From a phage, in the NCBI GenBank assembly GCA_025829515.1, contig GCA_025829515.1_4865.1: a stretch of 64,000 nucleotides of DNA, one strand, 5' to 3'. Made by a program: the position numbers and the translations under genes. A model generated the notes under the pieces. The model made no database searches. It was not told the DNA's origin and saw nothing but the letters and a program-made list of their open reading frames with translations. Positions 47,701 to 56,500 of this stretch are shown in pieces (positions within the stretch are counted from its first letter, which is position 1; every line of letters starts with the position of its first letter).

Positions 47701-50700
47701 ACTTACCAACATTCCACGCAGCCTTACCTAAAAGACCTACGGGTTTTAACACACCCCATTTCGTGATAGAACCGAGTATATTACCCACAGTTCCCAAGAT
47801 ACTGACGATGGGACCGATGATAGGTAAGCCTTTCACCACATCCCACAGACCGCCAGATTTCCCTTTGGAGCCCTGCGCTTTCTCTTTCTTCTCCTTACGT
47901 TTCTCACGCCAACGTTTGAAGAAGTTAAAGTAGTCGCGTTTTTCATCACCTTCAGGTGGCTTGTTACGTTTACCGAACTTCGCAAACATGGTACGGATGA
48001 TGCCATCGTCACCGCCTGCGCGGGATACTGATTCGCGCATGGTGTTAAACCACGACATCTCTTGCAAGCCAATCATTCGGTCCAAGCGTTCAAACAATCT
48101 TGCACCTGCAGATTTGGCAGCGTTCTTCCCTTTGTTGATAACCCGACCTGCTGCATCGCGCGCGGTCTCAAGGTCGTCCTTCGCGTCACCGTAGACTTTA
48201 CGGCCAGAAAGACCACCTTTCGCGTTCAGATGACTGCGATAGAATTCAGCGACATCATCATCGCGTCCTGCCAATCGACGTTCAACTTCGTAGCGTGTGG
48301 CAATGTCGTGTCGTGCTCCACGATATCCGTCGAGCATATCCCCAGCCCGGCCTCGGAAACCACTGAACCAACCACGCAGGCGGTCGCGTCCACGACCAAA
48401 GAACGCTTTTGTTCTTGACCAACGTCCACCAAAACGTTCAGACAACGACGATTTCGCACGATCATACGCCCCGCGTACTGCACGACCGATCGTACTACCG
48501 CCACCCCCGACACCCTTCTCCATTTCCTCTGTCCAACTTTCGTCTTCCGGATCTCCCGGTAAACGTTGATTCAACAGTTTATAGATACGGATAAGAATGT
48601 GGTTGGTTTTCTTGCCGGTTGATGAGAAGATACTGAAACCGCCACCCCCACCATCTTTACGACCTTTCCACCAACGCGTTAGTGGGTTGTCGGTAATCAT
48701 GTCTTTCAGACGATCGACACCACGTTTCGCAAAACCGAGCACTTTACCCGGTAAGCTCGTTACGCGGTTGAACGCTTTCTGGAGACGTGTCTTTTCTTCG
48801 CCTTCCGGAATCTCGTTCAGCCAGTCCTTAATCTTACCAACGATGCTGCCCGCTTTCGGTGACAGGAAATCCAGGAACCTTTTCGGTAGCTTAGCCACCT
48901 TATTAAAGCCTAAGCCGATCTTACTGGCCAGACCTTGGGTCAGCGCTTGGATTTTCCCACCTTTATAGTAGCGGAGTTTACCGGCAGCGGCTAAGTCAGC
49001 GGCCGCTAGTACCAGGTTACCTGCGGAGTCAACAATATCACTCCCCAGTTTGATATCGTCCAGCGTTTTCAACTGAACCATTTTACCATCAATGACCTGA
49101 TAGTATTCCCCAGCTTCCAGACGTGCACCTTGTAGAACAACGTTACCGTGGTCATCGTAAACATCGCGGATACCCAGTAGTCCTTTACCGAAGGAACTTA
49201 CCGCTTCAAAACCACCACGGACACTACCACTGATAAGGCCACGCATCCGGGTTAAGAAACCAGGACCTTCGCCACCTCCCATGCCTGCGACTTTACCGCG
49301 TGCCCAACCACCGAACTGGTTCAGTTTATTCCAGGCACCCTTAACACCACGTTTCGCAAAGCCGCCGATTCCTGCTGCGGTGTCGAACAACACACCGCCC
49401 CAACGACGAATAAGCCCATCCTCACCGATGATAATACGACGGCGTCTACCGCCACCGCTACCACCGCCAGGGCGAGGCGGACCCATTTCTTCATCACCAG
49501 AACCAGCACCCCCTGCTAACGAAGCCAGGAGAACCCCTTCTTCGTCCATACTTCTGACGTGTTCCAGAATTTTCTGGAGGGTGTCACTGTTGTTGTTACC
49601 CCGAATCGCTTCGATGATACCGTCAAAGTTATTCCGTGGTGCTTCTTCGCCACGGTTACGTTGACTCAACAATTCAACAAAGTTAGTCGAAGTTTCACCG
49701 TAGAGAACTGCGGCTAGCTGCCGAGGCGACATTCCGCGGCCTTTACCACCGCCACGTAAAGCCGGCGGCAACGACGTGTCATCGGCACCACCACTTGCCC
49801 CTTGGTTCATTCGGCGCAGATAGTCGCCTAACGCCGAACCATTTTGCAGCTTACGTTGAATCTCCTGGTCACGAGTCAATGCACGCCCGCTGCGTGTCTT
49901 ACCCATTGCCAAGTCATTAAACAAGGTATAGGGATCGGACAGGTCTTTATCCACGCCGAAGGTGTCACTCTTCGCGTCGTAGTTAAAGATACCCGCATCA
50001 CGCAACGCTCGCTCGCCGTAAATATTCACCGCCTCGTCGATAATTGCCTGACGTTGGGTGATAGATGACTGCACTGTGGAGATTTTGCGAGCCAGTTCGT
50101 TACTTAATTCGTTGCTACCACCAGTAAGACTGTCTGAATGCCCCTGTAACGCTTCCTTAATGCGTTCTGCGGCGTTTCCTGGCATATACCGATGAAGATG
50201 CATCGGGTCTTTCAGAATCGCTTCTACGTCGAATGCGCGGCCCTGCGAGGCACGTGACTCGATATAGTCGGCAAGATGCTGTCGATCCTTCTGCGAGAGC
50301 GTTTTGCCACGGTCAACAAAATCCACAGTGCTGTTAATGGAATTTTGGAGACGCAGGCGCTGCTCATCGTTTGCAACCGCTTTGCGTACACGGTTACCGA
50401 CCACTTTGCGGTCCACGAAACCACGACTGGTGATGTCGTATTCCAGATCGGCATGTTCGCCATAGCCACGACGAACAGATTTGTTAATCTCTGCCAGCCA
50501 GGCAGGAATAACTTCAACCAGGCTAAGATACGCTTTACGGTCAAACTTCGCCGAGCGACTTAACGTTTCGCCATTACGCTCATCAAGGAAGGCTTTCTCA
50601 CGGTTTAACGGTTGGACAATACCGAGTTCATTCAGTACCCGGAACAAATCCGCCAACGGTCCTTGCGTTTCGCCTGCGATAGCTGAGTTCGAGATAGAGG

Positions 50701-51880
50701 AAAGATTACCAAAGGTGAACGCGCCCTTCTGCAGGCGTTTCATGACCTCTGGATTTTTCTCCATCTCCTCACGAGTCCATTTCTGGAGTTTCTCGATTTG
50801 TGGGCCGAGTAGTTTCTTCGCAAGGAATCCGCTACCCCATGCAGTTGCTTTATCGCGAGCATTTGTTTTGCGACGTTCGGCAGTCAACGAAGAGCTGTCG
50901 CTCATGCCGAAACCGTCTTCAACACCCATGCCGAGAACAGACTCTAACAAACCACGACCTTCGCCAAATATACCAGAAATTTTCTTCTTGGTATTTTCGC
51001 GAATCATGTCCATAAACCCGTCAGCATAACGCAATGGGTTCATCCATTCCGCAGCCTGGCGTTTAACGTTTGCCCAACGGACTTCTGAGAAATCTTCCTT
51101 CGCGTAGTCTGGCAGCGCCGTGTTCTTCACGATGGCTTCTAAAGCAGGCGTGTTACGATCGAACTCCGACTGCTTCATCTTCACGATGTCTTGAATGGCG
51201 AACAGGGTACGGTATTGCAATTCGAGTTTCTTACGCTCGATGTTTAAGAATACCCCACGGCTTAACCCGGTTAGCAGGTTAATGTCTTTCGCCATCCCAA
51301 TCATGGTTTGGTGCATTGCATCCGCGCGCATCTCTTTGATGCTGTCGCGGAGCTTATCCTCTACCATGCGGTCCTGCAGCTGACGTTGTTCGTCGGCGTC
51401 CTTTGGCACGCCTGAGAAAACGTCGCCCAGTTCACGATCCATCAACGCCTGATTAGGATCGTAATTTTGGTAATCCAACTGGTCAGATTTTGACCACTTG
51501 TCGAAGCGCTTAGTAACTGCATCCGGCAAGTATTTCTTCATCGTCGGACCGAGTTGGCGTGCTTGCATCTTCAGCGTGCGCTCGGTCTTCTCAAGCTCCC
51601 CTTTCGTATGGGCGTAAATGTCCTTTGCTGCAGCTGCCGCTGACTGATAGCCCTCGTATGCATCAGCTGCCGGCTTAGGCATCCCCTTGAGGATAACTTG
51701 GTCACGTTTCCCTTCTGGCCAGATAGTTGACAACGCCGACTTCCTGGCAACATTCAGGGTACTGAGTATCGGGCTTCGTTTTTTCTCGTCTTTGGGACGG
51801 GGTGGTTCACCGAAATCATCCCAGTCGTCGAGTCTATCTAAATCGATATCATCGAAACCGTCTTTGCCTCTTTTTGCCAT
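44759..51880 (-). CDS. giant virion-associated protein with internal lytic transglycosylase (SLT) domain (2373 aa)
   Basis: Uninterrupted 7.1-kb ORF; SLT motifs AESGFN...SGLFQF...YLYHFLGAGG at residues ~2005-2130; Gly-rich stretches; Ala/Thr-rich low-complexity C-terminus. Confidence 0.85.
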   Translation of the reverse strand: MAKRGKDGFDDIDLDRLDDWDDFGEPPRPKDEKKRSPILSTLNVARKSALSTIWPEGKRDQVILKGMPKPAADAYEGYQSAAAAAKDIYAHTKGELEKTERTLKMQARQLGPTMKKYLPDAVTKRFDKWSKSDQLDYQNYDPNQALMDRELGDVFSGVPKDADEQRQLQDRMVEDKLRDSIKEMRADAMHQTMIGMAKDINLLTGLSRGVFLNIERKKLELQYRTLFAIQDIVKMKQSEFDRNTPALEAIVKNTALPDYAKEDFSEVRWANVKRQAAEWMNPLRYADGFMDMIRENTKKKISGIFGEGRGLLESVLGMGVEDGFGMSDSSSLTAERRKTNARDKATAWGSGFLAKKLLGPQIEKLQKWTREEMEKNPEVMKRLQKGAFTFGNLSSISNSAIAGETQGPLADLFRVLNELGIVQPLNREKAFLDERNGETLSRSAKFDRKAYLSLVEVIPAWLAEINKSVRRGYGEHADLEYDITSRGFVDRKVVGNRVRKAVANDEQRLRLQNSINSTVDFVDRGKTLSQKDRQHLADYIESRASQGRAFDVEAILKDPMHLHRYMPGNAAERIKEALQGHSDSLTGGSNELSNELARKISTVQSSITQRQAIIDEAVNIYGERALRDAGIFNYDAKSDTFGVDKDLSDPYTLFNDLAMGKTRSGRALTRDQEIQRKLQNGSALGDYLRRMNQGASGGADDTSLPPALRGGGKGRGMSPRQLAAVLYGETSTNFVELLSQRNRGEEAPRNNFDGIIEAIRGNNNSDTLQKILEHVRSMDEEGVLLASLAGGAGSGDEEMGPPRPGGGSGGGRRRRIIIGEDGLIRRWGGVLFDTAAGIGGFAKRGVKGAWNKLNQFGGWARGKVAGMGGGEGPGFLTRMRGLISGSVRGGFEAVSSFGKGLLGIRDVYDDHGNVVLQGARLEAGEYYQVIDGKMVQLKTLDDIKLGSDIVDSAGNLVLAAADLAAAGKLRYYKGGKIQALTQGLASKIGLGFNKVAKLPKRFLDFLSPKAGSIVGKIKDWLNEIPEGEEKTRLQKAFNRVTSLPGKVLGFAKRGVDRLKDMITDNPLTRWWKGRKDGGGGGFSIFSSTGKKTNHILIRIYKLLNQRLPGDPEDESWTEEMEKGVGGGGSTIGRAVRGAYDRAKSSLSERFGGRWSRTKAFFGRGRDRLRGWFSGFRGRAGDMLDGYRGARHDIATRYEVERRLAGRDDDVAEFYRSHLNAKGGLSGRKVYGDAKDDLETARDAAGRVINKGKNAAKSAGARLFERLDRMIGLQEMSWFNTMRESVSRAGGDDGIIRTMFAKFGKRNKPPEGDEKRDYFNFFKRWREKRKEKKEKAQGSKGKSGGLWDVVKGLPIIGPIVSILGTVGNILGSITKWGVLKPVGLLGKAAWNVGKFAVTRLAAPAVSAVATAASAVVTAVGWPAILIGGAIAAAGYAAYKIATTTYTQYLDKMRLAQYGFRDYDKWSSDDGAKARYLEDALREYVSYAEDGQASLRGLGGKDVQKLAEGFGINVEEKGEMLAFQAFMLQRFIPIYLRWITALKSMPNSIQLADVGDAKKVSKEDMQTLFNKMKMTKDAKAFSSLTDPRKVNQGFFSKAWDVVTFTPKEFLSGEEVMEVQNEVERAIKFRMDDKKARKYGMAPAVEGIKSAGVDEAINKLGQLDNERNKNLAKVEGWEDGTEQVQIQVDWNAVLDQKDMNAMESVRWKTYGFTTIDNATRTLITVFEKNVIKDIDVKTASYKGDWKKAIASMVPDAIGTPKEDRLKRWFFDRFLPVFMTYLVGVKRYLPTADPLNLKLTGGYLYEISLMMSTAYSLKGGIRQSVWEVNINPLGGDANTNPSSIKAELETLKLLSKEADLAVRNMIKAIKNNGKRARWKDRNKNRSSLEVTGEDEEDSNISSGDSLSSDGARASGYIPSGTSGGVPGNLGQVVDAVGGVRNYAAMTTGSSSINLSDVKDGDYKSLAEKYPIEMLGRKGALNVPNIKALITDAANMMGVPPAVALAMAKAESGFNYTAKNPYASASGLFQFVNGTWDGMMKGYSRKFGIPRVNQMDPWANAILGVQFIRDNIQKAQRDLGGKAPPPAVAYLYHFLGAGGGKKFLEAWKRNPNMAASSAPGITSAILRGNANVFYSNGRIRSVDGVIQELNRRMGAISANEVAADPSKTKDMVAGLSPNSPTNPAAAMGAPAANDPSLSPADNLPADNANRRDDVLTQKGAMAAQDAMATAAGNVGPAAPTPTTGGTGTSDASTTAETVASQAAAEGLSATDVAKVKAGAEAQVNAAARPVAAPTSDATASTPTLNGDPIDVQQLKVLIQSRDYLKEIRDILKSNPRAANDTRGGSIQQAANVPPPGSAARRQEITQPTPSLNVSRKAS
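45460..45900 (-). other. SLT (lytic transglycosylase) domain within giant protein
   Basis: Catalytic Glu of AESGFN encoded at 45863-45865 (minus strand); GLFQ and AYxxG-like motifs downstream. Confidence 0.7.
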
Positions 51881-51910
51881 AATGTTTCTTCCAATTCAGG
51901 AGCCTAAAAA

Positions 51911-53524
51911 GTGAGAAAGCTTAACTGGGTAGATTTTTATCTACTGAACGTTAATAAGTCCCTGGTGTCGCATTTAAAACCAGTTACAACAACAGACACC
52001 TTTCAGGGACTGACGAAAAACTTTCACCCTGAAGGACTGTATTCAACCGAAATTTTTGGCCTCACAGGGAGCGAAGCACGAGACTCAACGTTCTCGTACA
52101 TTGATATCAAACTGGATATCATTTCGCCGACCGTTTGTTTGGCATTGTTCCAGCTGAAACAGCTGTACGAAGAAATCTGTTCCGGGAAGCGATTCGCTAT
52201 CTGGAATGAGAAAGAAAAAGATTTCGAGCCGGCTCTGCCCAGTGATAAAGGTGCAGACACCGGCTTCAACTTCTTCCTACGCTACTACGAACAACTGACA
52301 CCGGGACGCAACGAATCGATGCGTCGCGACGAGACAGTCGATTTCTTCAATAAGTTCCGTCCGGTCAGTCTCAGCCGCTATGTGCTGGTTCTGCCTGCGG
52401 GATTACGTGATTTGGTCATTCGTCAGGATGGCCGCGACCAAGAAGAAGAGATTGGCGGACTCTACCGCCGTCTGATTTCTCTGGCACGTGCAATCCCCGA
52501 CCGCAGTACGCGAACGGAACTGACTGACCCGGTTCGCTGGAAGCTCCAACAAACCTTTAATGATATCTGGATGTACTTCTTCAACATCCAAGACGGTAAA
52601 GGTGGTTTTGCACGTCGTAAAGTGACGTCACGTAAGTTAATGAACGGTACGCGTAACGTACTGTCTTCATTCTCAACCGGTTCCAAGGTCATGGGTCGCG
52701 AAGATGCGATTCGTCCAACGGATACCCGTATCGGTTTGTACCAAACCCTGAAGGCATTACTGCCTGTGGCTCAATACCACATCCGCGAACGTTACCTCAG
52801 TAACATCCGGGCAGGGGACGGCAACTTATACGGCGTTAACACCAAAACACTCAAGCGTGAGTTCCTGGAAGTCTCCGGGCGGGTGTATGACCTTTTCACT
52901 ACCGACGATGGCATCGAAACACTCATCAACAGAATGGAAGCGCGCGAGCTTCGACATAAACCGCTGATGATTGATCCGGACCATTACGTGGCATTAATCT
53001 ACCAGGACAAACGCAGCTTCAAAATCTTCTACGATATTGAAGACCTGCCGGAAGGACGTGACCGTAAGCTTGTCCGCGGACTGAGCTTAGCGGAACTCCT
53101 CTATTTGTCAGGTTACGATATTTGGAATGACTACTTCTCGTTCATCACGCGTTATCCGGTTACGGGACGCGGTTCGACTTACTCCTCGACCATAAGATTG
53201 GAGACCACCACCTCTTCCCTCTATTTGCATGAACTGGAAGACGATTGGGTCACGTTAAAAGAGAAGGGAGCAATTAGCTTCCCTGACCGTACCGTGAAAA
53301 CCTTTGTGGAATCCATGGCACCACATCCATCCCGATTAGGTGGGTTGGGTGGTGACTACGATGGCGACACCGGCTCAGCAAACAGCCCGATGTCAACCGA
53401 AGCGCTCGAGGAAAATCGGAAGTGGGTCAGTTCGAAAAACTACTGGTTTGCAACAGACGGCAGTTTCAAAATCAATCCGGTTAACAACGTGATTAAAAGA
53501 ACGACTGCTGCGCTGTTGAAATGA
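51911..53524 (+). CDS. multisubunit RNA polymerase beta'-like subunit, N-terminal fragment (537 aa)
   Basis: NFHPEGLYSTEIFG, VLPAGLRDLVIRQDGRD...GGLYRRLISLARAI, GKGGFARRKV and DYDGD parallel E. coli RpoC FKPERDGLFCARIFGP, VLPPDLRPLVPLDGGR...DLYRRVINRNNRL, GKQGRFRQNLLGKRV and NADFDGD (from memory). Confidence 0.8.
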   Translation: MRKLNWVDFYLLNVNKSLVSHLKPVTTTDTFQGLTKNFHPEGLYSTEIFGLTGSEARDSTFSYIDIKLDIISPTVCLALFQLKQLYEEICSGKRFAIWNEKEKDFEPALPSDKGADTGFNFFLRYYEQLTPGRNESMRRDETVDFFNKFRPVSLSRYVLVLPAGLRDLVIRQDGRDQEEEIGGLYRRLISLARAIPDRSTRTELTDPVRWKLQQTFNDIWMYFFNIQDGKGGFARRKVTSRKLMNGTRNVLSSFSTGSKVMGREDAIRPTDTRIGLYQTLKALLPVAQYHIRERYLSNIRAGDGNLYGVNTKTLKREFLEVSGRVYDLFTTDDGIETLINRMEARELRHKPLMIDPDHYVALIYQDKRSFKIFYDIEDLPEGRDRKLVRGLSLAELLYLSGYDIWNDYFSFITRYPVTGRGSTYSSTIRLETTTSSLYLHELEDDWVTLKEKGAISFPDRTVKTFVESMAPHPSRLGGLGGDYDGDTGSANSPMSTEALEENRKWVSSKNYWFATDGSFKINPVNNVIKRTTAALLK

Positions 53525-53542
53525 TACCCATAAGGCACATGT

Positions 53543-56500
53543 ATGATTTTTCTGAAACAGTTTAACCAGCGCTTTACCGTGCGCAAGACCGATGAGTTCG
53601 GTCGTCCGCGTATTATCCCGCTGGAGAAGCTCCAGCTCCCACGTGGTTCTATCTACCACACCATCGATTTAGACCAGGTGGTTTTAGCGCCACCGTTAAC
53701 TACACCGTGTTTTGGCCAGCTGGAAAAACCGGCGATGATTCGCCACCACTTCCAGCTGCCTGAAGACGGCATTATTGGCCATCCGCGTAAGAAACCGGTT
53801 GTTGGTCAAGAGCGCCAAATCTTCCAGTACCATCGTAACAACCGTCGTATTCGTCGCATGATTGAAGACGGCGTGGTACGTTCCGATCCGAAAGTGCTGC
53901 TCATCGAAAACTACACCCCGATGCTGCCGCATTATTTCTACCCTGATACTCTGATGTCCTGGTACGAACGTCTGCACAACATTCAGCTGCTGATAACTAA
54001 CCAGATGAAAACTGACTCACGTGAGTACATGCGTCAGAACTACTACATCATCGAACTGGGTAACGTACTGCCTTCTTTCGATCGTTTTAAAATGACGTAT
54101 AACGATCGTGTTAAAACCAAACTGGAGCGCTTTAAAGACTTTAACCTGCTGTGGTTACTGGAGTTGTTCGGTTGGGTGTACGGAGATCAGCAAGCAACAC
54201 TGTTTGACGGTATGGACATGAACCAGCTGTCACGTGTGAACTTTATCTTCACACACAACGGTGGTTTTACATCCATGAACATGGGTGTAATTGAAAGAAT
54301 GCGTAAGTCTGCCGGTGGTCGTTTGACTGACGTGCAGATGGGCAGAATGTTCTACCGTACACTGACTACGGTGATGACCACACCGCCGTCTACCGACTAC
54401 GAAGATGACGAGTTCGTTACACCGGAAGGGGATGAACGCGTACATCTGGGAGAGGACGACGATGCTGTTGAAACCGTTGCCAGTAAACCGGAAGAAAGCC
54501 TCGATATCGTCGACGATGAAGCAACACAAAGCGACAACGTTGACGATACACTGAACGATCATGAGTTCGATGAGAAAGAAGATCTGGTCATCGAAGCGCC
54601 GAAAGAAGATGTCAAACCAACCACCATCGTCGTAGAACGCACCATCCCACACGATGCTGTGATTAAACAGGAAGTTGAGCGCCTGGCAGAAGCGGGCCGC
54701 GTCACCGCCAAAGCGTATCAGTTCCTGAACGAATCTTCTAAACGTTTCGTAAACTTACCCAACCCGTACAATCCTAAAGAGACGTACGGCGAAGGTCTGA
54801 CCATCGATCCGAAGAAACTCGAAGTTAAAGCCGAGCCTAAGAAGATTGAACGCTTAGTTACGGATGAAGCCTGGGCGGAAAATACCACCGACCAAATCAT
54901 TCGTCAGTACAACCAGGAAATCTTCCCGAAAGATATTCTGGGGGCAGTAGCGTCATCCCAACGTCTTGGTTTAGCGATTCACAATCACACTGTTGAGAAA
55001 GAGATTTCCGTTACCGGGAATATCGAACACCACACGTTGCGTATTCAGCCGATTGGCGGAGAACCAACCACGGTACGTTTCTCAATTCCTGCATTAACCG
55101 AAGACGGTACTTGGGTTGCAAATGGTGTGGAATATACAATGCGTCGTCAGCGTGTTGATCTTCCTATCCGTAAAGTGTCCCACGATACTGTAGCGTTAAC
55201 CACTGCCTACGGGAAGAACTTTGTCCGTCGCAGTGATAAAGTCGTCAATGATTACGGACGTTGGCTCACTAACGCGATTATTACTCGCGCGGTCGATCCA
55301 AAGAACACCGAAATCACTGATGCAAAACTGGCGAATGTGTTCGATCCGCTGTCTAAACTGCCGCGCCAATATACCGAAGTGGCGCGTCGTGTAGCAGCGT
55401 TCAACGCAATTGGGTACCAATGGAGCTTTGACATTAAACAGAAAGCGGCATTCTTTAACGAAGGGCAACTGGCAGACGCGGACCGTGTCGAGCTGGTACC
55501 TGTGGCGAAGAAACCGCGGAGCCATGTCATCGTCGGTATGGATAAAAACTCCCAGCTTTATCGAGTGGATAAGGATAAGACCGAACCACTGGGTACACTC
55601 GCCGAGGTCTTTGGCGTGGACACCTCTAAGGCTCCACGTGAAATGACCGAACTGTCACTGATGGGCAAATCAATCTCGCTGGGCTTTGTGTTTGCGTACT
55701 ATCTCGGATTAACCGGGATGTTGAAACACTTTGGTATCAGTTACGAGGTTCTCTCTGTCGGACAACGTATCGATAAAGGTCAGTTCGACTCCATTATTCG
55801 TCTCCAGGATGCGAAAATTGCAATTGTCTGCGAGAACGATCAACAGAGGATGATTGTCAACGGCTTAGACCGTTACATTAAACACTTTACCACGTATACC
55901 GAGTCGGAAGTTGACCGGGAAGACATTTATCTGAACCTGTTACGCGATGCAGATGGGCTAACACCACGCTACATCAAAGAGCTGAAACTGATGCGGACCG
56001 CATTTGTTGACGACATGCACGCGCGTATCCTCAGGAAAATGGGCGAGCCGGAAACCTTTATCGGCTTACTGGAGCGTTCTAACGAACTGCTGCAGACGGA
56101 CCACACGTTACCGGAAATTAACGGTGACGAAATGATGTTCATCGGGAACCAACGTATTTCGTATCACATCTACACCGCGATGGTGCGGGCGATGCGTAAC
56201 TACAACAACGCGCCTAACTCGAATCGTAAGTTTGAGTTGACGCAGGACATGGTGTGGGGTGCAATTAACTCCGACCCGTCTGTTCTGCTGGCACCTGGCG
56301 CAAACCCGGTACAGAACATCAAAGAAAAGGATGTCGTTACCATGGGCGGTACAGGCGGTCGTAACCGCAAAACCATGGTATACAGTACCCGTGAATTCCA
56401 ACCGAGCGACCTGGGGATTGTCTCCGGTAACACGGTCGATAACGGCGACGTAGGTATCACCGCCTTTGCAACAAACAATCCGCGTTACGACACCGTGGAC

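Noticed and set aside
45168-51383. Numerous 60-180 aa ORFs on the + strand inside the giant gene (e.g. 45168-45458, 48597-48968, 49281-49664, 50481-51029)
   Set aside because: They are antisense shadow ORFs within a continuous 7.1-kb coding frame with Pro/Ser/Arg-rich translations typical of out-of-frame reading; no RBS or terminator context.
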